This document shows, one piece after another, positions 35,322-50,246 of a stretch of DNA of 64,000 nt. The stretch covers positions 18,290,001 through 18,354,000 of the forward strand of contig JBHGNT010000002.1 in NCBI GenBank assembly GCA_043228905.1, written 5' to 3'. Positions within the stretch are counted from its first letter, which is position 1. Every line of letters begins with the position of its first letter. Origin of the DNA: Azolla caroliniana (taxonomy: Eukaryota > Plantae > Polypodiophyta). The notes under the pieces were generated by a model. It was not told the origin of the DNA. It did not search any database and saw only the letters and a program-made list of their open reading frames with translations. The translations under genes were made by a program, and so were the position numbers.

Positions 35322-36630
35322 GTGGTGATGAAAAAAGCCGTGGGCTATGTCTTCTTGTTTGTATATGAAAAACAGGGCTTCTTCTATACGCTATTCAAAA
35401 ACTGCCGTTACAAAAGCTCCAGAGGATCGATCACTTGTAAATATATAACCATAGCACATGGAGGTTTATAGTAGGGGTTTCGTAAGCCTACGCATTTAAC
35501 ATAAAAAATTAGGGTTATCATATAAGTAAGCGAGATATTTTGAAATAGAACTTGATGGAAAGGCACGCATTGATGAGGTATGGAAGCTTGAAGAATTAGG
35601 AATTCTTCGCAATGAATATTATGTCTAGTCCGTTGTTAATGAGACCTTAAAGGTTACCTACAAGTAATTGTTTGCTGTATCAAGTAGATATCTATCATAA
35701 ACCGCAGAAACAGCAGCATGCCATGACTGGAATCTTCTAATGAATTTGCTAGGCAAATTGTAATGGAAGTGTGTATCTGAATAGAGACTTAGTTAGGCGA
35801 CGCTTTTTTTTTGGGGGGGGGGGGGGGGGGGGAGATTGTCGATCTATGAGGGAGGTTGGAGTAATTAGGGCGGAGACGGTGAATGAATGTCAGATTGACT
35901 GACATACATAACATTAGAGGTCGATCTAAAGAATGAATAATTAGAAAGAAAGCATAGCATAGTAGGTCGAAAATGATTGGAAATTGTATGCGTGCGTGCG
36001 TGTGTGTGTGTGTGTACCAAGGATGAGAATGGCATCAGGGAGGGCGCCAAGGATGGGGAGGAGAAGGCCGCCGATGATTCCAGCGTCCAAGATGGTGAGG
36101 AGGAGCTCGCTCCCTTCCGACAGCAGCTGTGCAGCCAGAAAGAGAAGGTAGCCATAGACCACCAACAGGAACAGGTTCCCGAGAATGGTGTCACTGCAAG
36201 GGAGGAAGCCGTAGGTAGCCTCACATGAAGAAGAAGAAGAAGAAGAAGAAGAAGAAGAAGAAGATTCATCACCATCGCCATAATAAGAAGAAGTATTATC
36301 AACCTTGTTCACATCACTGCTTGGGAGGACTAGTCGCAGATCATCATCCCTATTTGACCCTCCATCTCCATCTCCATCTCCTCCTGTTCCAGTTCCTGTT
36401 CCTGTATTGACACCACCCCAAAGCTCAATGTTACTGTCATGATTAGCCCCAGGAATAGAGGAGGTGTATGGCTGATCAGCGTTGGTGCGGAGGAGTAGTG
36501 GGCGAGATGTGGCGATGTGAGGGCGGAGCGGTGAAGCGGAGATAAGATTGAAGAGCAGAGCAGGCAGGAGGAGGAGGAAGAAGAAGGGAATAGAGGCGAG
36601 AGAAGGAGGTCCAGGGGGAGGAGGAACCAT
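32024..36630 (-). CDS. NCL: EF-hand Na+/Ca2+ exchanger-like protein (NCL/EFCAX family), ~652 aa, 7 exons
   Basis: Exons 36630-36018, 35049-34849, 34640-34459, 33975-33827, 33649-33400, 33181-32867 and 32272-32024; all GT-AG and in phase. Motifs: CEATYGFLPC, GIIGGLLLPILGALPD, GMGLLAGS, EF hands DLNGDGLVEKKE and DVDNDGRITYAE, FADPLVDAV..LPLASNSSE, IYGGVTMN. Confidence 0.95.
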
Positions 36631-39600
36631 AGTTAATGAAGGATTTATGGTATGTTACTATGTAATATGTATGATGATGATTGGAGGAAGAAGATCAAGC
36701 CTTTTTTCCTGTGTAGTAGTATAGTAGTACTTCACAAAAGAAGAGGTTGCATCAGAAACAGCATCATCATATGTATTTATATACCTCACATACATATATG
36801 TATAATGTATGTAATATCATATCATATATGTATAGATATATAGATCCACATATGTATGTATACAGTATACTGTATTATGTATATGTATGGGAGAGTATTA
36901 ACTTGTAGGTTAATCTATCATTCTTTCATGTGTATGTATGTGTCATGACTCATATCTATGTATGTATATCATATGTATGTATGTATATGTATGTGTCATA
37001 TCATTATGTATGTATGTATGTCGGAAAAAGACACCAGCCCCTGAACATTCCCCACTACGCAACAAAACAAACCCCGTTTGTTTAGCCATGATCCTAGAGC
37101 ACGTTCTAAGCGTTTGTTCGTATGCACCGGCATGGCATCCTCGATCCTTCGATCTACCTATATGGATGGATCTCTTTTCTCTCGGGGACGGAAACCGCTT
37201 CTAAAAGGGGAAGTATCTAAATCCCAATGGTCGTCTTGTAGAATATCGTGGTCGCATGCAATATAGGCGCTACATTCTAATTTAAACACATTATTCATGA
37301 GCGTCCGAGACACTTGACAAGTTTGAAAGGACAACATGGCAATGTTGTGAACTTAGAGACCTCAAAATGATAGATCTAGTCTTACCATTTTAAATTGTAA
37401 ATACATTATATATTATTTGTCGAGTGATCAACATACGGTGGTCCGTATGTATCGACCTATTATATCCTTTCTCCAATTTTGCAGTTGTACTTCCATCCGA
37501 CACGCCATCTAACGTGTGTGTACATCTGAATTTTTTATAATGTTGGAATTCTTATAATGTTTCATTTCTGATAATGACATTTTAGTGCTCTCCCATGATC
37601 ATGCCATGAGGCACGCGCTTACTTTAAGACGTTCCCTCAATTTTATAAAAACTTGCGACTGTTTTTTCATGTTTGACCTTAATACTCAAGTAACAAGCTA
37701 AGTTGGCATACAAGAATTCATAAATTCTTTATTGTCTTGGTAAAATAATTTGCAAAGGCAAGTCAGTATGATACTAGAGAATAAAGGTTCCATGTCAACA
37801 CGATCACACAACTTGGTTGTGTTCAATATTCAAATCAAGGAAAGCCAAAGAGTAGCATGTTCATTCATTGAGGTCTGAGCAACTTGGCTTTATCCAACTC
37901 TACATGAAAACACTTCATATGAAATACCCCTCTTATGACATGCAACAATCTGCATCTACATTGTTTGTCTCCTGCTTTCTAGTTGTCTCACATGCTTAAT
38001 CAAGTGAGCATTGAGTTAAAGAATCTCAACTTTACAAACCTATTCATGTCGCTTTAATTGTTTTTAATGAAAATTGCATAATGAGGAGTTTGCATCAACT
38101 CAGAACATGTTCAAATTTCAAATAATCGATCTGAGTATCCGTCACCCAAATAAAGTTTGATAGTCACCCAACTTATTGTTGAGGACTTGATTTTTTGTCG
38201 AGGCATGTGTGCCTACGTGCTTAAGTTTTCTCCTGGAGGTCACCACATTAGACATCCTCATAAAGGAGACACATAAATACCTCCTTATAATTTACTTTTA
38301 TAATGCTTTCCATCTTTCTTGACTTATAAATTGTGCTCATGCATGGTTAAATGTCACTTACACTAGGTTTAACAATAAACTTCAGCTCTTTTGACCATGC
38401 TTTTAAATTTTTCCAACCAACTTGGGGCTTCTTGATTCACTCTAATTGTGTCTAATCCTTTGACCTCATATGCAATCACTATATGACTATTTCTTCACCA
38501 AACCTCCGGTCACAAGTTGCGTAGAAACCCTCTTGGTTGCCAAACCAATAGTTCTTTGACCACTTGTTAGCAAGTTGATGAGAGTGTTGTTGGAGTCAAG
38601 GTTGCCACCACTCCATTGCTTCAATGCAAATAGCCCACAATCTACACCACATATGAAACTCAAACAAAAGCCACATCCTTAACATGGTCATCTTATGACA
38701 TGTACAATCACAATTCACATCATAGTCAAGGAGGTTCCAAAGGGCATGTGCTCTCTCTCTCTCTCTCTTATATATATAGCATCAAAAGCAGGGGCTTAGT
38801 TTTGTCCCATGGATGTTAACATTACTTTTTTGTTCACAAACTTATTGTTTCTATTAAAATGACATGACAATACAAAAAAAACTCATATCTTTACTACAAT
38901 GGTAAGGATCTTAATGTAAAGCCTTTGAGATGTTGTAGTACTAAGTGACAAAAAGGCATTTCCTTAGGGGATAAGGTGCCCCCAAAACTTATAAGGGAAA
39001 TTGCAAATCTAACATTCCCTTGTAACATACATACATGTTGTCTCTGTTGAGACCATCAAAGAAGAACATAATTCTCAAACTCCAATTGTATTGAATACCC
39101 CCATAATTAAGGGAGTAAAAAACAACCTTATGTGATGGTGAGGATAAAGCATTGGCTCCTTGAACAAAAACTTGATGAAAATGTGACAAAACATCCTTGG
39201 TCAATGATGCCAATGTGCAGACATAAAAACCCAATTTGCTTAGCAATTGGGCATGTGAGGAATCTATGGCTCCATTGCTATACAGCCCCATTGGAAATGC
39301 TTTAAGTTTTTAAAGTCAACACCAAAGCAAACCCATGCACCATTGCCTACAAAAGGAACAATTTTGCATGGAATAGAAGATGAGAATGTCATTCTACATC
39401 TAAAATCAAACACCATCATTGTTTACAAGTAATGTGCCATGTATGTGAAATCTTCATCACTAGTCAAGCTCTATATTAAATCAACTAAAGATTTACATAA
39501 TTGGCACTGCTAGTATCAATTTCATATTGTCAAGTAACCAATCTTTCCACGGTTCCTATACCATTAATTTTGGAATAGGGGCAATAGAATAGGCATTGCA

Positions 39601-42600
39601 ACTACTAATCGCCAAATATAGTGATCTAGAGGTACTTGACCTCTAGAGCACATTGTCTTAAAGGCCAAGATATGATTGCATGACTCTAAACACAACATTT
39701 TGCACCATTACTAAGCTACACCTTGCAATACAATGGAATACAAATTTTAGATTTTCCATCCCATCCCAATGTAATTGCCCTGAGGATGCAAACATAAATG
39801 TTGGTAGAGATTTAGTACCTTTTCTATACTCGGGTAAGTTGCTATTTGACCAATGGTAAACTCATTCACTAAGAGCACACTAATTATTGAACCATAACAG
39901 AATTTGAGCATTTAAATGATCGATTCACTATTAACAACATGCCACCATGAACCTACAACTCCCCCCCTCCCCCCTAAAAAAAAGAAAACACCACTTTGCA
40001 CATCATCATGGAGCACCTTGAGAGAATGCCTTGCACAAAATAAAGTGTCTCTCTTACACTCTCAACACCCAAGGCAAATACATACCACCACAATATTCTC
40101 CATGGACAAATAGGGTTATTGGTCTTCTCACTTCTCCTCATGAATACACGCAAGATTCATAGAAAGGTCAATACAAAAATATACCCATGCTACGACCTTT
40201 TACTTGGAAAATTTTGAACTCAACCTTGTGTTTTTTTAAGCATTTAGAATATCCGCAAATGGCCCCCTCTCAAATCGGTAGAGACTCTTGCAAGGTTGGC
40301 ATGGACATTAGAGTTGCTTTTCCCAAGAAACATGAGAAGTCACGCCCTAAGCAATACTATTTAGGATTGCTTTTTATAGGAAACATCTTCTCTTTGGAGT
40401 TGCTTTTTCTAGCTAACATGAGAACGCACACACAAAGCAATACTTTTTAGAGTTGCTTTTGGAATTCTCCGTTGTTGGATTTTGGTTAATTGTATTAAAT
40501 TTTAACGTAGAAATTTGCTGATTACGTGGCATTTCCTAAAATACCAAGTTTGGATGCCAATTTCATGTATTGTCTCACAAGGCCCATTTTGTAATCCAAC
40601 TCCACTATGCAATAGGCACTTCACATTATGTATATCCTTCTTCAAAACAGACCCCTCCACTGGCTTACATGTGGATTTCTGTTAGTAATGCTTAGGTTTA
40701 CTCCCTCCTATTATCATATTCAAGGTGTATTGGTTAGATCTCATGTTTATCGAGGTTCATTCTCTCTCTTCCTTGGAATTCGTTGATGATGCATCCTATG
40801 CCGGCTGTTCTCTCATGAAATTCAAAAGGATAACTAAGTGTTATCTATGAAAGTTGTACTTGTAATGTAAGGGCCTCATACACATATTTTGGTCTAAAAT
40901 GTTTTGTGCAAAACAAATGCTTGATTTGGGTTGGTGATAGAATTTTTATGTTGCCCAAGTCCAAGACGGTAAGAGAATGCCATCATATAATGCTAAGATT
41001 ATGATGCCGAGGGAGGGATGGGCATGCATTATTGGCAAGCGTTGACAAACAATGTAGGGAGATGGCGGGCATGTAAGACCAACTTTAAACCTTTGGTGAA
41101 TTATGCGAGAGTGGGAGCCGTAGAAGCGAATAGGGTAGTTGGTGGCAAGTAGCTAGAAGTCACGAGTCACATGATTGCTATCATATACATACATACGTGT
41201 GTATTATTATTGTCGATGCAAGGTGATGTATGTAGTTTGTTGATGTTGTTGGGAAGGAAGGTATATATACATATGGGACGAATACATTATATTATATTAG
41301 TGGGGTGGGGAGAAAAGATGAAGATCATGCTCATCACATCATGGAGCATGTGGTGGTCATCCTGTTGGTAAAAGAAATCACGAGGAAGAGTGAGTGAGTG
41401 AGTGAGTGGGGGGAACACATGAAGACTCACGACTGACTGACTGACCGACTACTCACTCACTCACTCATTCATTCACAAAAGGAGGTAGTGGGTGGGTTAT
41501 GTGTGTGTGAGATTTATATATACATACATACATACATACATACATATATGTATGTATATGTATATATTGTATTATCTTCTTCACGTGAGTGAATACACTA
41601 TGTACATTGTACATAATGTATGAGTGTGATGTATATTATTTACATACAGACGCAACCATCCATCCCTCCCCCGTTTACTACAAACATACATATGTATGTA
41701 ACCAACTAACTCCTCTCTCTCTGTCTCTCTCTCTGTGCGCGTGTGTGTCGTGGTTTAAATGAGTGGGAATGAAGAGTAGGTAGTTAGTTAGTAGTAGTGC
41801 TGCTACTGCTACAAACAATAACTAATGGACGAGTGAAGCTATTAATTAACCTGAGCTGCAAGGTGCAGACGTTTCTATTTTGCTTCTAAATCCATCCGCC
41901 CGTCTGTGTGCTATTCTTATCATCGCGTAAGAGAAAAAGGGGTTGGGGTTGCGGTGGGTGGGTGGGCTCCTCTGTCTGTTCATTCAATTTTGAAGTGCCG
42001 TTTAAGATTCTGTCGCTGGCTCTGGAATTTGAATTACTTCCTCAAAAATCGTACACCATACGTATACGTAGTAGTATCTATATGTATAATGTATGCACAT
42101 ATGTATACCAAACGAAAAGGATCAAACCTAAAAAATACACACATATGTATGTATCTGTTCGTTTCAATCTCTCATCATAAATACATACATACAAAGATGG
42201 ATAGGATATATAGCAATACATAACATAACATACATAGCCAGCCCATAAGTTAAGTAGAGATAGGTAGGTAGGTAGCTGTGCTCCTTCCTTCTGCAACAAC
42301 AAACATACACACACAGCTCGCTCTCTCTCTCATCATCATCATCATCATCATCATCACTGTAAAGTTCTCATACATATTCCATCTTCTGATCATCATCAAT
42401 CTATCTATCTTGCATCTCTCCCATTTGCATGCAGCAAATAAGAAACATCATCTTAAAAATTCCATGCATGCACTCCATCCCATCCCATCCCATCCCATCT
42501 ATATATCCCTCTCCATCCCCCCCCTGCCAAAATTTCCCACTTTCAACATATAGATTCATGCATGAACCCACCAGAAACTCTACTCAAGCCGTCTTCATTA

Positions 42601-42669
42601 TCTCAGACTTCAGTACTAGATCGTAGTATATATATATAACTTCCCACATACATACATACATACATAGCC

Positions 42670-43481
42670 ATGAAGAAGATTTACTGGGCTCGGTTTAATC
42701 GGTCGAATTCGTCGTCGGCCGGTTCCATACGATCGTCTTCCATGGTAGCAGATGCAGACGATTATGTGATGGAGGAGGCGGAGAGAAAGAAGAAGAAGAG
42801 TGAAAAAAGGCATTCGCATCATCCGGGCAAGGACGAAGAAGAAGAAGAAGAAGAAGAGAAGCGACGGAACATCGAGGTCCGTGTAATCTCTGCACAGGAT
42901 CTGAAGAGATCGAAGGTGGAGAGGTTACCGGGGCATGGGATGCGGGCGTATGCGGTGGCGTATGTGGATGCGGATCATAAGGCCCAGACGCGAGTGGACG
43001 ACAAGGGCGGGCAAGGGGACCAGCCGGTGTGGAACCAGGTGCTCACCATCAGCGTCGCCGAGTCGGCGCTACGCGCTGATTCCCTGGCCTGCCTCACCAT
43101 CGACATATTCTCCAGGAGGCCCAGAGGCGCAGCAGGATTCCTCCTCCTGGCCGACCGTTTGGTGGGCACCGTGCGCATCTTCTTGTCGGACGTTGTGAAG
43201 CTGGATGGGCATGACGTCCTCCTGCGTGATGTGAACCCCATTCGCTGTATGGCCTTCTGGGTCCGCTTGCCGTCCGGCGATCCTCACGGCATCCTTAACG
43301 TCTGGATCCCACCCACTGGCCGCTTCCTACGGCGGCAGCATTTTAACAATAACGACATCTCATCCTCACTGTCGCCACATTTGCCGCCTCCTGTCCATCA
43401 CTGTGAAGGCGCCAATTTTAGCTTCAAACAGCTTTTGCAACGGCCCGCTGTCACTGCCAGCCTCGACTATCATCATAATCC

Positions 43482-43516
<35 letters not shown>

Positions 43517-43581
43517 GCCATCACCAAATCCTTGGCGATAGCTGCTGCGACGCTGAAACTGAAACCTTCATCTTTGAGTAG
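42670..43581 (+). CDS. Intronless C2-domain (Ca2+/lipid-binding, SRC2/BAP-like) protein, 303 aa
   Basis: IEVRVISAQDLK..MRAYAVAYV..TRVDDKGG..PVWNQ..LTIDIF..DRLVGTVRI..VRLPSGDPHGILNV is the plant SRC2-like C2 signature. The ORF is clean, with a poly-E tract and a C-terminal poly-H tract. Confidence 0.92.
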
Positions 43582-46500
43582 ATGAATCCTTCGCGGATCA
43601 AGTCCTCTCATATGATTCTGAAACTTAAATCTTCATATATCGTTATTATTATACTTTGGAGAGTTGGATTGTGATGTTTGTTGCTTTCGTTAATTCCTCA
43701 TACAATGTTGACGGACGCATATTAAGTTTTGTTGTATTAATCGATCGGTACTCATTGCATCTTCATTTATGGCTGCACCATAACATGAACATGAAGGCCA
43801 TTCCGGCTAATAACTAGTGAAACCACCACTGCATTCTAGAACCTTCCAGGATTAATGTACATATATATTTATGTGTCTAACGTCTGATGAAAATCTGGGA
43901 ACAAAGTACCTTTTATGAGTCGCGTTATTATATATATCTGAGCTATTTATGACTGTCGTTTCGTTGATAAGCCTTGGAGGGGTCAGATTTGGATGATTGG
44001 TTCTTCAGGAATTTATCCTCCATCGAACAGATTATGGTGATGACTCAAATATACAATCTTGATGACATAACTAGCTGTGTGATCCCCATGACATGCCAGA
44101 ACATCTAACATAATTCGCAATTAAGAGACCTTCAATGATGACATTAAGGAAGAAGAATTCTAAGTTCATGATTACCGATGGAAACCAGAGATCCACAATG
44201 TTTTTGCTGGAGGATGGAATGAGCAATGTAAAATTGGGGCTAATGAGTTTGGTTTGGGAATGTAGGTAGGGTTTCGGACATGTACAATATAAGGACCTGC
44301 TTCCTGAATATCGATCAATACTTGGAGGAATCGGTAAATGTGACAGAATTTGAATCTCCATTAATTTCAAGGGCAGCAAGCTAGCTCCTTCTTTGGAGGA
44401 GAGGTACAAACCTGATTGTCAGAATATCAAATTTATTAGTATCACCATTTTCATCCTATATGTCAACCAATGCCGACTACTCTAAGCATTCGTATGAAAA
44501 AGAATGTTTGCCAATGCATTCGAGTATATTACGATTCAAGTATATTACGTAATATTACGCCACATGGTCTGCTTTTTAGCATGTCATATTGTTCACATTG
44601 CACGTTTGCTTCAACGCCCATTTGGAAGACATAAGTGAACTTCCTCTTGGGAGTGGTACTTCAAGGGGCATGTTCTCTCTCTACCCAGAGACAGAGAGAG
44701 AGAGAGAGAGAAGGGAAATTTTCATTATTTGACATGACAAGATGACAAAAAATGAGCACTTGTAGTGGACACCAATGAGTGTCTATTGTAAATTGGTTGA
44801 ATGAAGATAACAGAGATTTGTTGGTGAGTCTCTGACATAGTTTCACATGAAAGAGGTGATGATGAGAATTTTATGAAGATTATGAGTAGTATAAATTATG
44901 AGTGAAAGTAGTTGCTTCAAACAACTTTTTAACAACTTGAAAGTTAGAGAGTGGAGACACGCTAGATGTCCCATCTTGGCATAAAACATGATACTTTTTG
45001 GAAAGCATGGATGATGGGAGGCAGCAACACAAATAAACTCAATTGGTGTCTATAGTTTGCAAAAATGGTACAATTGGATAGGCCCTAGGGGGGATGTGTA
45101 AACCATGAGAGTTGGATAGAGAGGAAGAGTAGGTTGGTTTGTCCCCTAGTCCTCATCCTTTATACGATAAATGTCCTCTTCGTATATGATTGATTCATAT
45201 TGTATTGCACCGCCACATTTACTTTCACCACGTAAAGTTTCGACAAAAAACACATTTATGACCTTATTCACTTTTGGTACAGTTTTGCTCATTAAATAAT
45301 AGAAATCCTTTAAAACTTATGAGGTCAAGAAACAAGACAAGGTGCTTTAAAGCACAAAGTGAAACATTGTGTTTATATGTAGGTATAGTAACCATACAAG
45401 ATAGTCTACATATATCCCCAAAGTTTATTGTTATATATATTCACATCATTACCATAATGTAGTTCTAAGGCTTCTATTCTTCACCACAATCGTTATGCTA
45501 TGCACCGCTCAAGTGTTGTCAGACACTGGATTTTATGTATCAATGTGGCGCAAAGGCAATCACAAATTGATACCAGAGTGTCAAATACAAAAATGTTATG
45601 AACCAATATAACAAAAAATAATGTGCGTGTATGATTGACATGGGTGCATCGCTCAATGTAGGGGCCAAAGTTGTCAATGTTCTAATTTCTAAATATCAGT
45701 TTTTTTTTTTTTTTCTTTGAAAGATTTTCTTCCATGGACCATAGTATATACATATGTTAGAGTGTCGATTTCAAAAGATTTATACAGATACATTTCTTGT
45801 GATACGATGTTGCAAAAGTCCTAATAGATTATATTATTGGTCTATTCAATAATTTGATATGGCAATATATGTGTACGCTCTATATGTACATGTGAGCAAT
45901 GTGATTTCAGGATAAAGGGAATGTTTCGTAGATTGACATATTCTCATTCGTAGGGCCTCCCCTACGAACACGAATACGAATACATGTAAAAGTATTCGTT
46001 TTTTCTAGAAAAATAAAGTATGTATTCATTTCTTTTAACGAATCACGAACAAAGAAGAAGCTTCTCACTGCATCCTGTGCGTGACGCCTACCTCTCCGCC
46101 TCTTCCTTACATCCTGTTCTCTCTGCCTGCAAATTAGGGTTTCGGCCGAAAACCCTAATTTCGACCATATTTCCTCTTCTCGGCCAGCATCCTGTCCTCC
46201 CCCCTGCATCCTCTGTACGATGCCTACATCCTTATTCTCAGCTGCAAACTCAGGGTTTTGCTGAAACTCTAATTAATTAATTATTAGTGAATTAATTGAT
46301 GTTTTAGTGAATTGATTAATTATTAGTGAATTAATTACTTCTTTTTTCCAGTGAATTAATTAATTATTAGTGAATCAAATCATTTTTATAATGTAAATTT
46401 ATTTTGAAAAACAAATGGGTTATAATATTCTTGGGATTATTCTTATTCTCGGATATTGCGAATATCACTGATGGAGAATATCATGAATATCATATACATA

Positions 46501-47153
46501 TATGTGTCAATCTATGCGCGTGTTTCGATGGCTGACCCATCATCGAATGCCTTTGAAAACATCATATGACATTTAATTGTTTAGTAAAGAGACATAGCTA
46601 ACTCAAATGGATAATTTTTACCCATCGGCATGGACAAAGGGGAAAAATACATCCTCGTCTCTAGTCAAGTAATGTTGTAAAATTTCCATCCAACACAACT
46701 TGTCATATATGCTATGCTATGTATTAGTTTTAAGGATAATAGTACATAAATAAGTTTACTGCAGTTATGGAGGAAGTTGCCTCTATTCACGGTCTCCTCT
46801 CAAGGGCCAATCTGAAAATATCATCACCCCTTGCCCTTGCCCTTATCATCCTTTTTGTATATAACACTCTCTAATTGTACATTTTGTAGCTTTCTAGCGT
46901 TTTTTCTTAATACTAATGAAGGAAATATTTTTGGAATAAAAAAATAGTGATATAATGAGTCATATGTCGTTATAAATGGTGACTCGGTAGGTTCCTAATT
47001 TTGTGTATTTGTCACTGATTTGCAAGTTATAACTAATTTATACTAATTTATCCTTAAGCTAAAACAGAAATGATTGGGTTTAACTCTCTTCTTTGATACA
47101 ATTTTTATGGATTACTACTCTATAGAGAAAACATTGAAGTATGTTTTTGGATA

Positions 47154-47358
47154 GTTGGAAAATACAATGTCCATGGGCGTATGCTATTGTTGGCAATGGA
47201 AGGTTCCAATGTAAATGTGTATTTTTGTTCATGAGGGAAATTCATTTGGATGCATTGTTGGAAAATACAATGTCCATGGGCGTATGCTATTGTTGGCAAT
47301 GAAAGGTTCCAATGTAAATGTGCGTTTTTGTTCATAGGGAAATCCATTTGGATGCATT
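47154..47358. repeat. Tandem duplication, ~103-bp unit x2
   Basis: GTTGGAAAATACAATGTCCATGGGCGTATGC starts at 47154 and 47257. Confidence 0.9.
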
Positions 47359-50246
47359 CTAAAGTGAACATGAGTAAAAATAAATAAATTATTCTGATGC
47401 TGAATCACATGAAAACTGAGAAATTATTGTAATCATGATGAATCTTTTCCATAGTTGATGTAACTTTGGAGGTTGGTATTTGATTTACCAAGTGCTATCA
47501 TCAATCTCACGTGAAATATATAGTTTTCTAAGATGAATAAGATCGAAAACAAATTTTGAAACCAACTCTCTTTTATATGTTTAACTTAACATGATGTTGA
47601 TCGATGAATATGACATGACACATGCATTGAAATATCATCTGTCTATGATGTTATGGGGTTTTTGTGTTTATTATGTGTTTTCATAGTGGATTACACCATC
47701 TTTGTTTAATGTTATGCTGTTTTAGTAAATTTTGCATTTGTTAGGTAAGCAAAATACATGACATTTTTTAGAGTATTTTCTGGATCTATGAAAATGTCTT
47801 AAATTTAGTGTTTGGACATTAACCAATGTTTTAGAATAACATGGGACAGCCAACTTAGAAGTTCCCCATTACAATAAGGCTTGCATGTTTTAAAAACACC
47901 CGCCCTATGAAATTCTTTGTTCCATGTCAAATCCTAACATTGAATAGAATAAAAAGTTTGTGAGTCTTTATTTTATTCAATCGAAGTGTGTGTGTAAGTA
48001 TCATTACAAATAGTATATAGTTCATATGTAAATAGAATGACTCCAAAAGCATTTTACAACGTACATTTAGTCCTGAGTTCACAAAATATACGATGTAATC
48101 CACAACATGGCTCAAAAAAGAGTACATATAATGTTGCGTCTTGTTCGATCAAAAGTAATTTGTGCTATAGTTCATACTTTGAAGGGTCAATGGGATGGTA
48201 TAGTTGGAGATTCTGGTGCTAAAACTGCTCAACGTCATGAGTTTCTTATCCTGTGGACAACTACTCCATTCATGACCTCCAACTTCTAAGAATGGCACTC
48301 CTCCTTATTGGCACTTTCAACCACCGAAATCGTTGTTTCCTCCGCCGATCACATGGAGTTTAAAAATATTGTAAAATGTTTACACTAATGAAAGGATATC
48401 TTCCTAAAAAAAGAAGAAGAAGCTGATTGTGTTATTTTTCCAAGGTAGTTAAAATGCAATAATCATAAAATAATCCTTTCTAAGCATTTTTATTTGATGA
48501 AATCAAATATTTTAAGACTATTCATTTTCGTAGATTTCTAAAATCAATTTTACATTTTAAAATTACCTTAAATCCTATCAATACAAAATAAGAGGTATTA
48601 TAGTCTTATATTCTCATAAAAGTAGAGCTTTTAAAGTGCTATAATTGTTCTCATCTACTTAATGGTTAACAAAGTTAGATCTTCATCTCTTGATTAAACT
48701 CTTGTGTGATTTTGTCTATCCTAATGATCCTACTACTAACAAAAACATTTGGAACTTTTCCAAATTACATGTAGATGGTGGACCAAGGATGATCTTCACC
48801 TTATTTGAATGCATTTGGAAACCTCTCAAAAGGAACAAATAACATTTTGAATCTCCTTCACACAATGAAAGTCAAATCAGGGACCTTTTGGAGATGCTGA
48901 GTTGATAGTTTTAAACCATTATTAAGAAAGAGATCACAATTTATTTATGTTATAATTGTATACAATGTACAACAGATTGCCATTATCAATTCTTAGTAGT
49001 TTTTTTTTCCAAACTCCATTAGTTAAAATATACACAAACTCGATCCCTTTCTCGGGTAGGCCTTGTTTAGACTATACTACCCTTCATAATTCTTAGTAGT
49101 TTTCTAATCGTTATCTTTACTAATGTTTGCAGAGGAATATGCACATGTTCTCGAAAGATTTATCTCTGCAGCCTTAATCAACTCCACAATGAGTTTGACA
49201 AATACGGGAGAAGTTAAAATATTTTTTAGCAAAGTCTTTACACTATCATTTTCATGTGGAACTCATGAATAGTGTTTGTGTCAAACCATGCTTGCAAAAG
49301 TCGGTGATCATGTTTTTGGATGGTATCATCAACACTAGAGACCCATTTATCTCCCATTAGCACATGTTTGGGAATATGCACATAGTTCATAAGCATAACA
49401 TGGAAGTTGATACACTTGTAATGTCCTTGCATTGAGACTCCCCTTTTGGAAATCAATATGGTCCTAATTGTCAATATACGTTGTTACCTACGGGCTAACA
49501 AAATTACTCTTTTATTTTCCTAATAACATTCCTCATATGGTCGTATTGAAAACAACTAAAAACGAACACTATGTCAAAGTTGTGGTCTTTGTGATAGGCA
49601 ATTTACAATGTGGATAGGTGTTAAGTTCCCCAGCATAAAAACGGTTGAGATGTAATGATCTCTTCGGAGATCCTAACTTCACAATTTAAGAATATATCCT
49701 GTTACTTTTCTCGAGACAATGACTATATATGCCTATTTCATGCAGCAATACATAATATGACTATATATGCCTTGGATTTGTTGACAAGGGCCACTATTCA
49801 TCTCGTCTTTTATGTTACTATGACTACCCTTCAGAAAACATTTAAGGAAACATTATCTTTGTACATTTCCAGATTGCCTTCACTTCAGGCATCCGCAAGT
49901 AGAAAATGGTACAACAAACATTAAGGCCAGTTGGTATGCAAAAACAATGCATGTGAAGATCTAGATCAATAGGCATTTTCAATTGGGTTGAGAAAACTTT
50001 TTTTTTCATGATTCCCCCACAAGGATACATATACCCTCATGCTAGTAGTCTGATTAAAGAAGCATGAGACAATCTGAAAAAGACACGGTGAGTAAAAAGG
50101 CGAGTTTATATAAGATAGATGATTACAAAGTTAGTGTCTGACGCTGATAGATGATTATCACCTTCAGATTTGTAATGTAGAAATCCATCAATAGTAAGGG
50201 TTACATCTTTAAGCATTCATTTTCAATCCCACTTTCTTTCCCATGG

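Noticed and set aside
35804-35833. T9-G21 homopolymer in NCL intron 1
   Set aside because: A simple repeat whose length is unreliable in assemblies, with no evidence of function.
37900-40100. Possible highly decayed non-LTR retroelement on the minus strand
   Set aside because: Only faint motif hints and no diagnostic RT motif readable by eye; it needs a translated HMM search.
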